The notes under the pieces: model-generated | Told to the model about the DNA's origin: nothing | What the model saw: the letters and a program-made list of their open reading frames with translations, nothing else | Databases searched by the model: none | Made by a program: the position numbers and the translations under genes | From: Spirochaetia bacterium | GTDB taxonomy: Bacteria; Spirochaetota; Spirochaetia; SP-2023 | NCBI GenBank assembly: GCA_965225855.1 | Contig: CBDDCK010000005.1 | Coordinates: forward strand, 512,001 to 576,000 | Direction: 5' to 3' | Length of the DNA stretch: 64,000 bases | Shown: in pieces, positions 49,326 to 59,747 of the stretch | Position numbering within the stretch: the stretch's first letter is position 1 | Layout: each line of letters begins with the position of its first letter

Positions 49326-50336
49326 ATGAAAAATTATATTCTAATTGCGTTAGTTTTAATACTACTGCTAGGTTGTTCTCGTCAGAAGCAAGAGCAAGCT
49401 GAGCCTTCAGCGGCTGCGGCTTCTTCGGCAGAATCTTCGGTGGAGATGAAAACTCTAACCGATGATGCGGGGCGCAACGTCAAAGTCCCCGTAAAACCGA
49501 AGGCCATTGCGGGTGGGCATGATGCGATTGTAACCCTGCCATTGTATGAGCTGGGTTTGCCTGTAATCGCTTCGCTTACGCGTAAAGACCCAGCAACAGG
49601 GGAGACAACTGTTTTTGGCCTCAAAGAGATTTTTGGTGTTACTGCTAAGCAAGCGGGAATTCAAAATGTGGCTGGCTATCAGGATATTGATGTGGAAAAG
49701 GTCCGTGCCTTAGGCGTTGACTTGTATATCGGTACTGAAGGTTCAGAAAAGACCGCCAACAAATTCAAAGGGGTTGCACCTTATTTTATCCAAAACAGTT
49801 ATTCAAAGGTCAGCGGTAATGCCAATCAAAAGATATTGGCAGAGCGTTTTGGCGCAATGGATAAATGGAACGAGCTGAATGACAAGTACCAAAAACGTTT
49901 GACAGAGGTTAAAGCAAAATTGCCCTTTGACCCATCTACGAAAACTTATATTGGGGTTATTATGTTTGACAAGCTAAGTGTTGGCAACAGCATTGGTGGG
50001 GTAAACCAAGCAATGGAAGATTTAGGTTTCCAAAAGGCAGATTGGCTTACTGGAGAGAAAAACTTAGGCTTTATGGTTCCAGTTGCCCCCGAAGAAATAG
50101 AAAAAATTGACCAAGATATTGTATTTATGATGGCAGGGTATTCATTTCCCGACCGTTCGCCAGCAAACACCCGAAAGCTGGTCCGAGCTTATGCTCCGGG
50201 CTGGGAGAAATTCCTAAAGGCAGCCACAGAAAACCGCATTATTTTTGTGGACAGTATGTTTACGGTTACCCCGACTTTTGCATCGAATATGTATATTCTC
50301 GATCAACTAGAACAATATTACAAGAGAGTCTCTTAA
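49326..50336 (+). CDS. Iron-siderophore ABC substrate-binding lipoprotein
   Basis: Lipobox LLG-C; TDDAGRNVKVPVKPKAI; DIDVEKV. Confidence 0.88.
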   Translation: MKNYILIALVLILLLGCSRQKQEQAEPSAAAASSAESSVEMKTLTDDAGRNVKVPVKPKAIAGGHDAIVTLPLYELGLPVIASLTRKDPATGETTVFGLKEIFGVTAKQAGIQNVAGYQDIDVEKVRALGVDLYIGTEGSEKTANKFKGVAPYFIQNSYSKVSGNANQKILAERFGAMDKWNELNDKYQKRLTEVKAKLPFDPSTKTYIGVIMFDKLSVGNSIGGVNQAMEDLGFQKADWLTGEKNLGFMVPVAPEEIEKIDQDIVFMMAGYSFPDRSPANTRKLVRAYAPGWEKFLKAATENRIIFVDSMFTVTPTFASNMYILDQLEQYYKRVS

Positions 50337-50376
50337 TACCTAATAAGAGAGTCTCTTAATGCCTAATAAGAATTTT
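50322..50376. repeat. Two-unit copy of the family C 23-bp repeat overlapping the stop codon of the substrate-binding gene
   Basis: AAGAGAGTCTCTTAATACCTAAT AAGAGAGTCTCTTAATGCCTAAT AAGAATTTT. Confidence 0.85.
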
Positions 50377-50596
50377 TTGCGTCCAGTGAAACTTTTGCCA
50401 AGTCTAGCTAAAACAGTCCAGCACTAGAAACTATCTAAAAAGGTTCGTTTTTACGTTATAAATTATGATTTTCATTTCTAAATATGGACTAAATTTTATC
50501 TTTAGGTTACAATTTTCATTATCTACTAGATTCTAGTGAGTAAATTCAATCACAAAAATAAAAGGATGGATAAAGGATTAATAAAAGGATGGATAA

Positions 50597-51204
50597 ATGA
50601 AAACTAAAGACTTTATTCTATGCGGCATACTAGCGGTAGTTTATTTTGTTATTATGATGCTAGTGAGTATGGTAATCACTCCAATAGTTGGGATTTTTGC
50701 CAACCTTGTGCATTTAGCTATACGCCCCTTATCACAGCAATTATTCCGTTACTGTTGGTTCGGAGAGCTCCTAAATTTGGAGTATTGACTATTTACACCG
50801 TTGTTTGGGTAACCCTTACTGCTTTGATGGGGCCTATCTTGCCTTGGATCATTACGGTGCTAGTTTGTACCCTAATAGCGGACTTAATTGCATTCTTCCA
50901 TAAATACAAGAAAATTTGGGTATTAGGTTTGGCCTTTGGAGTTATGGCATTGGGGCAATCCTTGGGATACATCATCACTATCAGATTCCTTTGGGATTCA
51001 TATAAAGGAATGTTTATCTCCAGAATGGGAGAGGAATGGGTGCAGAATATGACAGAGCTTTTCTACCAAAGTTCTATCCTAGCTCTTTTTGTTATAGTGC
51101 CTATAGTCTCCTCGTTAGTCGGTACGTTCTTGGCCGAGAAAATCTATAGCAAACACTTCCACAAAACAGCGATACAAGATAGCGATACGATACAAGACAG
51201 CTAA
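50597..51204 (+). pseudogene. MptD-family ECF transporter S component, frameshifted near 50720
   Basis: MKTKDFILCGILAVVYF N-terminus in one frame; TPLITAIIPLLLVRRAPKFG...GTFLAEKIYSKHFHKT continues in the -1 frame. Confidence 0.8.
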
Positions 51205-51207
51205 ATC

Positions 51208-51947
51208 ATGATCAAACAAATAGACCCACGTACTTTATTTGTGGTAATTATGGCGGTTGGTATATTTCCTATTTTAACCATTTATTCTATTCGCTAGAAA
51301 AGATCTACCTATGTATTTTCCTAGCTATTTTGCTCGCGTTTTTCTTTGGTTTGGTTAGCGTAGCCTTAAAAGCCTTTGGCATCTTTATTTTAATTGGTTT
51401 AGTCAGAATCTCCATTGACTTTATAGATGCATATGCTGGATTTTACTCCCAAACCTTTGCGCAAATACTGGTGCTTTTTGTGTATCCATTGGATCTTTGT
51501 TTAATGTTAGCGCCTACATTTACCATAGGTTTTATCTTATTCCACAAAGTAGATACTTCTTTGTTGATAGCCTCGCTTAGAAAAATGAAATTGCCGCGTG
51601 GAGTGGTGCTATCTATTAGTGTGGCTTTACGCTATTTACCCACTATAAAAACAGAAATCATTTATATTCGCGAAAGTATGGCCATGCGCGGCTTGGATTT
51701 TGGAATAAAAAACTTTGTCTGTAAGCCGCTAAAGACTTTTGAATATGCCTTAGTGCCTTTGCTATTTCGTTCTCTAAAAATTGCAGAAGAACTTTCTGCT
51801 GCAGCCTTGACTAAGGGTTGGGAGTACCAAGGCAAAAAAAGTTTTTATGTGGATTGTCGTTTTACCAAAACAGACTTATTTACCGTCCTATATATTGTTT
51901 TGGGTTTAATACTAATTGATAGAATGCCACCTCTTTTTATATTTTAG
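51208..51947 (+). pseudogene. ECF transporter T component, frameshifted near 51283
   Basis: MIKQIDPRT start stops at TAG 51295-51297. One extra T in ATTTATTC joins it to YSLEKIYLCIFLAILLAFFF...VALRYLPT...AMRG...AALTKG. Confidence 0.8.
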
Positions 51948-51968
51948 CAGATTATATTTTAACAGAAC

Positions 51969-53441
51969 ATGTTACATTTAGAACGATTAAATTTTCGCTA
52001 TAATGGCATGCAACAACAATGCCTTTGTGATATTTCTTTAGAATTAAATGAAGGCCAATTTATCTTATTATGTGGTTGCAGTGGCTGTGGCAAAACGACT
52101 CTGACACGCTGCATCAATGGTTTAATTCCACGATTTTTTGAGGGCAAATTTAGCGGAAATATCCAGCTAGGCCAGCAAAGTTGCCATACTCTGGATATAC
52201 ACCATATTGCCCAAAAAGTCGCCAGCGTGTTTCAAGACCCACGCAGCCAATTTTTTACTACAGATGTAAGTTCCGAACTAACGTTTGGGCCAGAAAATTA
52301 TGGTATTCCAAGGGAACACATAAAACGCCGTATGGACGAAATTTCTGAACTTTTAGATATAGGGCATTTGCTGGGGCGCAGTTTGTTCTCTCTATCTAGC
52401 GGAGAGAAACAAAAGGTCGCTATTGCCTCTGCCTTAATTATGCAACCTTCCATTGTAATTCTCGATGAACCTTCGGCCAATTTAGACCCAGCGGCAATTC
52501 AAGAATTACAACAAGTGCTTGCTATTTTGAAGCAACAAAACTATACGGTAATTATTTCAGAGCATCGTTTTTTCTTTTTGAATAATTTAGTCGATCGAGT
52601 TTTATATTTTAAAGATGGCAAAATTCAGGAAAAATTTAGCAGAGAAATGTTTTGGGAATTTAGCGATACACAAGCCGAGCAGTATGGGTTGCGTTGCCCA
52701 AATTTTAAGGCATCTTTGCCAAGTGCCCCACCAAATATTGGCAATATTGGCGAAAGTTCTGCCCAAAATCAGTCTCTCAACAATGAGATAACAAAAAAGA
52801 CGGCACCAGCTTTGCAGTTAGAAAATCTATGTTATTCTTACAGTAAGAATGTTGTATTTAAAGGATTTTCTTGTATTTGCAATTTAGGGGAAATCGTTGC
52901 CCTTACTGGTAATAATGGGGTAGGCAAAACTACGTTGTTGCGAATTGTGGCAGGATTGGCTAAGGCAAATGCAAGCACCATAATTAAAATTAAAGGGCAA
53001 CGACAAAAGCCCAAACAACGAAAGTCTAATTGTACTTTTGTGATGCAAGATGCAGATTACCAGCTTTTTACGGAAAGTGTTTTCCAAGAGCTATACTTGG
53101 GCAACGAAAAACAAAAAGGCATTAAAGAAAAGGTCGAGCAAGCTCTCAAATATTTTAGCCTGTGGGAATTGCGCAATCGGCACCCAAGTTCTTTATCTGG
53201 TGGAGAAAAGCAAAGGCTGGTGATAGCTTTATCTATGGTGAATAATACCGACTTAATTTTAATGGACGAACCTACTAGTGGTTTAGACCGTGTCAATATG
53301 GAGCGTGTAGCAGCCTTACTACAAAAGCTAGCCTCCCTAAATAAAACAATTATTGTTGCCACTCATGATTACGAATTTATAGAAAAATGTTGTAACAGAA
53401 CTATATCTCTACCAGTGTTAAATCTGCCTTCCGCTAGTTAA
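51969..53441 (+). CDS. ECF transporter duplicated ATPase (A component)
   Basis: Two ABC domains (GCSGCGKTT, LSSGEKQ, DEPSANLD; GNNGVGKTT, LSGGEKQR, DEPTSGLD). Confidence 0.92.
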   Translation: MLHLERLNFRYNGMQQQCLCDISLELNEGQFILLCGCSGCGKTTLTRCINGLIPRFFEGKFSGNIQLGQQSCHTLDIHHIAQKVASVFQDPRSQFFTTDVSSELTFGPENYGIPREHIKRRMDEISELLDIGHLLGRSLFSLSSGEKQKVAIASALIMQPSIVILDEPSANLDPAAIQELQQVLAILKQQNYTVIISEHRFFFLNNLVDRVLYFKDGKIQEKFSREMFWEFSDTQAEQYGLRCPNFKASLPSAPPNIGNIGESSAQNQSLNNEITKKTAPALQLENLCYSYSKNVVFKGFSCICNLGEIVALTGNNGVGKTTLLRIVAGLAKANASTIIKIKGQRQKPKQRKSNCTFVMQDADYQLFTESVFQELYLGNEKQKGIKEKVEQALKYFSLWELRNRHPSSLSGGEKQRLVIALSMVNNTDLILMDEPTSGLDRVNMERVAALLQKLASLNKTIIVATHDYEFIEKCCNRTISLPVLNLPSAS

Positions 53442-53508
53442 AAACTGTAAATATGTATTTCTATTCAAACATATAAGACTTTGTCAAATAAATCTGAGGA
53501 ATGAAGAT

Positions 53509-54288
53509 ATGGGTTTGAGCGATTTAAAACGGCTACTGCAGAATAAAAGCAAAATTGTGTTACAGAGCAAACAAAATCCTTTGGAAGATTATTGGATTTT
53601 TGATTTTTCGATAGAAAAAAATATACCGCCCAATCATAAAAAGATAACACAAGATATAACTTGGCTGCCAGGCGATTATTGCTTAATTAGTTTTGCCGAC
53701 AAACGAGTTACTAAAGGAATGAAGCATCGCTATATGAGTATTGTTTCTACACAGCAGCAGGGCTTTATACGCTTGGCGATGCGTATTGGTAGCCAGTCTA
53801 GTGCCTTTAAAAGTTGCATGGCAAATCTTGTAAAAGGTGAAACTATGGTTATGCGTGGTCCAACTGGCAGCTTCCATATTTGCGACTACCAAAACCCGAT
53901 TGTTATGCTAGCCGGAGGTATTGGTATAACGCCTATGCTGGCTATGATACGCCATCTAACAGAGGAAATCGAACAACCTGTTGTACATTCCAAAGTGCAT
54001 TTATTATATACAACAAAAGGGCAGCCTCTCTTTCGTGAAAATTTAGAAGCTTTAGCTGCGGACAATCCCAGTATTCAGCTTAGTTTTTTACAAGGAAGAA
54101 ATGCTATTCATTCTGCTTTAGCGGATTTACTGCAACAATTTTCTACTACCGCCAACTACTATATTGCTGGGCCTAAAGGTTTTTGCACAGACATTAAGCG
54201 AAAGCTCCGCCACAGCAAAATTCCCAATAAAAGAATATTTATCGATCGATTTTATGGTTGCCAGCCATTGTTTTTGAACAAAGGCTAG
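53509..54288 (+). CDS. FAD/NAD(P)H-binding ferredoxin-reductase-like oxidoreductase
   Basis: RYMSIVS (RxYS-like), GPTGSF, MLAGGIGITPM, YIAGP, FYG near the C-terminus. Confidence 0.85.
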   Translation: MGLSDLKRLLQNKSKIVLQSKQNPLEDYWIFDFSIEKNIPPNHKKITQDITWLPGDYCLISFADKRVTKGMKHRYMSIVSTQQQGFIRLAMRIGSQSSAFKSCMANLVKGETMVMRGPTGSFHICDYQNPIVMLAGGIGITPMLAMIRHLTEEIEQPVVHSKVHLLYTTKGQPLFRENLEALAADNPSIQLSFLQGRNAIHSALADLLQQFSTTANYYIAGPKGFCTDIKRKLRHSKIPNKRIFIDRFYGCQPLFLNKG

Positions 54289-54319
54289 CGACAAGAGTTA
54301 CGGCGCAAGGACTAAGAAA

Positions 54320-56143
54320 ATGGCTAAAAAGAAAGAGGGTATATCTCGGTTGTTAGAAATTGCCGGAGAAAAAACAGGCTTACTTGCTTTGTCTTCGGTT
54401 CTTTCGTTTATTAGTGCGTTATTGCAGCTAGTGCCGTTTATCGCAATTTACTTTATTACTGCAGAAATTTTAAACAATGCAGCCGACCCAACTGCTATTA
54501 ATGTTGCGCACCTGAATGCTTGGGGTTGGGGCACGCTTGCTTCCCTTGTTTTATTCACCTTGATTTTTTTTGCCAGCATAATGGCATCGCATGTCGCTGC
54601 ATTTCGCATTATTTATACGCTGCGCCTGTCTTTGTGCCGCTATCTTGCGAGGCTCCCTTTGGGCTATCATACGAACAACGCTTCAGGGGTTATTCAGAAA
54701 ACGTTGCAAATGAATGTCGAAAATACGGAACAGTTTATTGCACACCAATTGCCGGACTTTATTACAGCGGCTGTTACTCCGTTGCTAATTTTTGCTGCTC
54801 TTTTTTGGCTCGATTGGCGGCTGGCCTTAGTTTGTCTTATTCCGATTGTTTTTTGTTTTGTGATTCAATTTTTGTGGTTTTTTTCTGCAAAATCAAAAGA
54901 CAATATGAAAATGTATCAAGATAAATTGGAACAAATGAATGCCGCTGGTGTTGAATATATTAGGGGTATGCCGGCAGTTAAAGTGTTTGGCCTTACGGTA
55001 GATTCATTTCTTTCGTTCCGCAACGCGATTCTCGGTTATCGGGACTGGGCTATCCGCTTTAGTATAGCCCATCGCCATAATTTTACTCTGTTTATGACCG
55101 TGCTTACTTCTTTGGGAACTTTTATTTTACCTATCAGTGGTATGATATTCAGCAAACAACCGCAAGATTTAGCCTTTGCCTTGACCTTAATACTTTTTTT
55201 GCTAATTGCTCCTGGTCTGGCACTTTCAGTTTTAAAGATAACCTATCTCGGAGGTCAAATGAGAATGATTAGTGAAGGAGTCAATCGAATAGATGCTATT
55301 TTTGACCAAAAACCAATAGCCGAACCTACAGCCACAACAGCTAAAATTCCGAGCAAAAGTAATTTGTCTTTTTATGAAGTTTCTTTTTCTTATCAAGATC
55401 ATAATGCGGCTATTCGCAATAAGGCATTGGATAACGTTAGTTTTAATGCACCAGAGGGTTGTATTACCGCTTTAGTAGGCCCGTCCGGCAGTGGCAAATC
55501 CACCATCGGCTCGCTTGCTGCACGATTTTGGGACCCAGATCAAGGGAGTATCACAATAGGAGATATAGATTTGCGAGAAATGGGTACAGATACACTGATG
55601 CAAAACCTATCTTTTGTCTTCCAAGATTCCCATTTATTTTATGATACTATTGAGGAAAATATCCGCATGGGCAATAAGAATGCAAGCCAAGAGCAATTGC
55701 TTGCTGTGGCCAAAGCGGCTTGCTGTGACGAGTTTATCAAACAATTACCCAAAGGCTATCAAACCAAAATTGGAGAGGAGGGCGTATATCTTTCGGGTGG
55801 CCAAACCCAAAGAATTTGTATCGCTAGAGCCATCTTAAAAGATGCTCCGATTTTAATTTTAGATGAAGCTACAGCTTATGCGGACCCTGAAAATGAACAA
55901 AAGATTGAGCAGGCACTCCAAGTTTTAATTCACAATAAAACCGTAATTATTATTGCTCATCGTCTTTCCACCATTCAGCATGCCGAGCAAATTATTGTGA
56001 TCAATGAAGGCAAGATAGAAGGTAGCGGGACTCATGCAGAATTGCTATCCAGAAACGGCCTTTACAGCCGAATGTGGCTAGCTCATAACCAAGCAGTCGC
56101 ATGGCAAATACATACCGGAGAACAAGATGAAACAATTTCTTAA
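54320..56143 (+). CDS. YbtP/IrtA-like ABC half-transporter
   Basis: SHVAAF, EQFIAHQLPD, VEYIRGMPAVKVF, GPSGSGKST, DEATAYADPENE. Confidence 0.9.
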   Translation: MAKKKEGISRLLEIAGEKTGLLALSSVLSFISALLQLVPFIAIYFITAEILNNAADPTAINVAHLNAWGWGTLASLVLFTLIFFASIMASHVAAFRIIYTLRLSLCRYLARLPLGYHTNNASGVIQKTLQMNVENTEQFIAHQLPDFITAAVTPLLIFAALFWLDWRLALVCLIPIVFCFVIQFLWFFSAKSKDNMKMYQDKLEQMNAAGVEYIRGMPAVKVFGLTVDSFLSFRNAILGYRDWAIRFSIAHRHNFTLFMTVLTSLGTFILPISGMIFSKQPQDLAFALTLILFLLIAPGLALSVLKITYLGGQMRMISEGVNRIDAIFDQKPIAEPTATTAKIPSKSNLSFYEVSFSYQDHNAAIRNKALDNVSFNAPEGCITALVGPSGSGKSTIGSLAARFWDPDQGSITIGDIDLREMGTDTLMQNLSFVFQDSHLFYDTIEENIRMGNKNASQEQLLAVAKAACCDEFIKQLPKGYQTKIGEEGVYLSGGQTQRICIARAILKDAPILILDEATAYADPENEQKIEQALQVLIHNKTVIIIAHRLSTIQHAEQIIVINEGKIEGSGTHAELLSRNGLYSRMWLAHNQAVAWQIHTGEQDETIS

Positions 56144-57890
56144 CGATATAACTTCTGGATTTCCCCAGAGACTTACACAGCCAATTATTGCCTCTTTTTT
56201 TGAAGGTTTGGCGCGCATTGTTCCGGCAATCATCACATACCAAATTTTAGAGCTCGTATATCAAGTATTTGCCCATAACACTCCGTTAAATATAAAGCAA
56301 TTGTGGTGGCTTATAGCTGTGGCCTGTGGCTGGTTGTTTGTGCAATATATTCTTTCTCTTATTGCTTATAACACAAGTTTTATTCAATGCTACATGACTT
56401 CGGCCGAGGGGCGAATATCACTGGCAGAACATTTGCGCAAATTGCCCTTAGGTTTTTTTGACCGCCGCAACCCTGCCGATATTTCTAACATGATTCTTTC
56501 TGACTATGCAGAACTCGAACACGCTATATCTCATCAAGTACCTCAGTTAATTAGTGCGATATTTTTCCCGATTATGGCTTTTATTTCTTTACTTTTTATT
56601 GAATACCGCCTAGCTTTTGCTTTGTTTTTGGGTGCGCCTGTGTGTCTCTTGGTTCTTTGGCTTAGCTTCCAATTGCAACATCGTCTTTGCCAGGCACACG
56701 TTAAAGCCAAAGTAGATGCTACAAGTAGACTACAAGAATATATTTTGGGAATCAAAGATATACGGGCGCACAACCTTGCCGGAGAGCGTTTTGAACGATT
56801 AGAAAAATCTTTTGCAAAACTCAAAAAAGAATCGATCCGCTTGGAGGGAATATTAGGCTCGGTAATGATGTGTGCCATTACTCTCATTCGTTCTGGCTTG
56901 GTGTTGACTGTATTTGTTGGCACTTTTCTATTGATGGAAGGCCAGCTATCATTACCTATCTTATTGTTATTCCTTATGATAGGCAGCCGTGTTTACGACC
57001 CTATTACCGTGGTGCTAATTAATTTTACTACATTGCGTTATGCAATGCACAGTGCAGCAAGAATCAAACAAATTAGAGAAACGGCTTTACCCTCTCAAAC
57101 CATTACGAAAAAATGTACCCAGGAAGTAGCAAAAAATAATAATGATACTACCCATTATATTTCATTAGAAAATGTTTGCTTTGCTTATAATGAAGAACCC
57201 GTATTAAAAGAAGTTCGTTTCACAATCCCTCGCAATAAAATTACGGCGTTAGTGGGCCCTTCAGGAAGTGGCAAATCAACTATTTTAAAGCTGCTCGCCC
57301 GTTTTTATGAGCCACAGAATGGTGCAATATTATTAGAACAAAAAAATATTTGCGATCTAGATTGCGAAGAACTGTTAAAAAATATTTCTATGGTGTTTCA
57401 AGATGTATATTTATTTCAAGATACTGTGGCCGCCAATATTGGCCTAGGTAAAAAAAATGCAAGCCAACAAGAAATAGAAAATGCTGCCCATAAAGCTTGT
57501 TGTAATGATTTTATTGCAAAATTACCCCAAGGTTACCAAACCCAAATTGGCGAGGGTGGTTGCACTCTTTCGGGTGGTGAGAAACAAAGGCTTTCTATCG
57601 CGCGGGCTTTTTTGAAAGATGCTCCGATAATTTTGTTAGATGAAGCTACTTCTTCGCTGGATCCAGAAAATGAAAATCGAGTACAAGAAGCAATTAGCAA
57701 TTTAATCAATAATAAAACGGTTTTGATTATTGCTCATCGTCTAAAAACAATCATGCGAGCAGATAAAATTGTAGTTCTGCAAAATGGAACAGTAGTTGAA
57801 ACTGGCAAACATGAAAAATTGCTGGAAAATCAAGGGTTGTATGCAAAACTATGGAATTTACAACAAAGTTCCACCCACTGGAAAAGGTAG
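56127..57890 (+). CDS. YbtQ/IrtB-like ABC half-transporter
   Basis: RISLAEHLRKLPLGFF, LEHAISHQVP, LSGGEKQRLSIARA, DEATSSLDPENE. Confidence 0.9.
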   Translation: MKQFLNDITSGFPQRLTQPIIASFFEGLARIVPAIITYQILELVYQVFAHNTPLNIKQLWWLIAVACGWLFVQYILSLIAYNTSFIQCYMTSAEGRISLAEHLRKLPLGFFDRRNPADISNMILSDYAELEHAISHQVPQLISAIFFPIMAFISLLFIEYRLAFALFLGAPVCLLVLWLSFQLQHRLCQAHVKAKVDATSRLQEYILGIKDIRAHNLAGERFERLEKSFAKLKKESIRLEGILGSVMMCAITLIRSGLVLTVFVGTFLLMEGQLSLPILLLFLMIGSRVYDPITVVLINFTTLRYAMHSAARIKQIRETALPSQTITKKCTQEVAKNNNDTTHYISLENVCFAYNEEPVLKEVRFTIPRNKITALVGPSGSGKSTILKLLARFYEPQNGAILLEQKNICDLDCEELLKNISMVFQDVYLFQDTVAANIGLGKKNASQQEIENAAHKACCNDFIAKLPQGYQTQIGEGGCTLSGGEKQRLSIARAFLKDAPIILLDEATSSLDPENENRVQEAISNLINNKTVLIIAHRLKTIMRADKIVVLQNGTVVETGKHEKLLENQGLYAKLWNLQQSSTHWKR

Positions 57891-58009
57891 TAATAGCCAA
57901 GCCGTTTACAATGGACGTAGAAAAGGGACGTAGAAAAGCGCACGGACAACACCACGCTCTAGTATATCTGGGACGGGTGTTAGTGAAGTACTCGGGCAGT
58001 CCCTGGCGT

Positions 58010-58613
58010 TTAGTTAGATTGGGCAAGACGCAGACGTGCAAACCAACAAAAACCAAAAGGCGAGTTATAGCGGTTGTGTGGGGTTTGGGCGGAAAAGTAC
58101 GCCAAACTATAAGAAGCTTTATACGAATTGCACAGCCAAGCCTCCTCTTCTACAATCAATGACAATGACCGAGCTAAAGCCCTGGCAGAAGTGGCCGGGA
58201 TAAGTTTGCGGGAAGGCAGCGAGTCGGTACAAAAAGCGAAAATTCTTGCCACCTTGATCAGTAACCCCACTACATCTAAGCCCATGTTACTGTCCCCAAA
58301 GTTGGGATTTCCCGCTGGGTACTGCCTATAAATGTAGGGAAGTTCATTGGACTACCTCGGTAATTCTGTATTGAAATTCATTTCCTTCCTTCCATGTTTC
58401 TACTTCTACGGGCAAATGCGCTACGGCCTTTGTTTTTAGCTGGTTTACTTTGTGTAATTCGCTACCCATATTCGGGTTGGCAAACCAATCGCCTAGCTGG
58501 GTTTGTATGGCTATTTCTGTTTGCTGCTGTAGCGTGGGCTTAGTGAGACTTAGCATAAGTAAACGCTTCATTAATGTAATCGTAATGTTCTTTACGTTTA
58601 GTCCCCAGAACAT
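58010..58613 (-). pseudogene. Possible decayed phage baseplate genes (Mu gp46/gp47-like)
   Basis: GDWFANPNMGSELHKV resembles GPW/gp25/gp46-type wedge proteins; its TGA overlaps (ATGA) a broken ORF starting MNFPTF. Confidence 0.35.
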
Positions 58614-58734
58614 AGCTTCTGTATTAATAATACCTTTTTTGTATTACAAATTTAGGGTCAGCACTTGGCTTTACTTATACTTTAGGGTATATTGGGGTAA
58701 ATCGTATTTACAATCGTTATAAAGGGCCAATACA

Positions 58735-59337
58735 ATGACTGATCAAGAATTAAAAGACTTAGTAGCAAGCTTAGCCATTGCTCAAGCCAAGACCGATAAG
58801 CAGTTGACTGAAACCGATGAGCAAATTCGCACTTCCCAAGCCAAAACTGATGAGCAATTGGCCAAAACCGACCAGAAAGTCGCTGAAACTACCCAAGGGC
58901 TCAATGATTTGAAAAAGCTGTTTGGTAGTGCCCAGAACAACCAAGGGCAAATCAATGAAGAATTTATATGCAACAGTATAACAACCAACGGCAAGGTGCT
59001 CTGGGGCGTTTGTTACGATTATATAGAGCGCAATGTCAAAAGCCGTTTTGGCCAGACCCAAGGCCAGTACGACTGCGTTGCCTACAATAGTAATAGCATT
59101 GCGATTGTCGAAGTCAAGAGCAAAGCCCATATCAACGATATAGCCAAATTCCCCACGATGATAAAGACGTTCCGCATTCTGTATCCGATGTACAAAGATT
59201 TTAAGATTTATATAGGCATTGCCTCTTTGCATATCAATAATGATGTAGTGAAGGAATGCCAAGACAATGGCTATGGTATTTTGCGTTTGTCGGGCAACAC
59301 ACTGGAAGAACTGACTAGCAAGCTTATCGCTCAATAA
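58735..59337 (+). CDS. Coiled-coil + PD-(D/E)xK domain protein (DUF3782-like), copy 1
   Basis: (K/E)TDxQ heptads; NNQGQINEE; QYDCVAYN...IVEVKSK. Confidence 0.8.
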   Translation: MTDQELKDLVASLAIAQAKTDKQLTETDEQIRTSQAKTDEQLAKTDQKVAETTQGLNDLKKLFGSAQNNQGQINEEFICNSITTNGKVLWGVCYDYIERNVKSRFGQTQGQYDCVAYNSNSIAIVEVKSKAHINDIAKFPTMIKTFRILYPMYKDFKIYIGIASLHINNDVVKECQDNGYGILRLSGNTLEELTSKLIAQ

Positions 59338-59393
59338 GGCTCTACTAGCTCAAACGGATAAAGTCCAAGCCAACGTTGAGGCTGCACTACAAT

Positions 59394-59442
59394 CGATTTT
59401 CTGCTCCCAAAGCAGACGCCTTAGCCACTAGGCTACACCCCG
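59394..59442 (-). pseudogene. 5' 49-nt fragment of tRNA-Pro(TGG), lacking the T-arm and 3' acceptor strand
   Basis: Matches 63809-63857 with one mismatch. Confidence 0.9.
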
Positions 59443-59652
59443 CGTTTAAGCACCGAAAATATAACCAACTTTAATCTTTCCCGTTTGTATATTCATGTAG
59501 GCGCTCCTTCAAATACCCCGATACTGCTCGCCAGCTGTGTGCTGTTTCTCTATCTCGCGTATGCTTACCCAAACTTCGCACTGTTTGGGCTTTGTGCCCG
59601 CATTACCGCTTCGATAAATAAATATTATTTTAGAAAAAATTTGCAAAAGTTC

Positions 59653-59681
59653 TTGACAAATTTTGCCCCCATTCATAAATT
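59653..59681 (+). promoter_or_regulatory. Sigma70-type promoter of lipoprotein 2
   Basis: TTGACA-17 bp-TAAATT, ~65 bp upstream of the ATG. Confidence 0.7.
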
Positions 59682-59747
59682 GATATGTGATGGCAAAGCT
59701 TTTGAATTTGCTAACTTTAATTTTCTCTTTTTTTGGAGGTATTGCTT

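Larger units (their letters stand above)
58683..59470. repeat. Direct repeat copy 1 (DUF3782-like gene + tRNA-Pro fragment + tRNA upstream region)
   Basis: Near-identical to 63071-63883 apart from a 21-bp insertion and a ~50-bp deletion. Confidence 0.95.

Noticed and set aside
50557..50597. 18-bp direct repeat AATAAAAGGATGGATAAA at 23-bp spacing before the ECF S gene
   Set aside because: Only two copies and unrelated to the other arrays; most simply a local duplication of the RBS region.
57851..58331. Plus-strand ORFs after the YbtQ-like gene
   Set aside because: Overlapping, no RBS or motifs; the region is better explained as decayed minus-strand sequence.
59394..59442. attL/attR of a tRNA-integrated element
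   Set aside because: The duplicated part is the tRNA 5' portion plus upstream DNA within a larger gene duplication, and no integrase is present.
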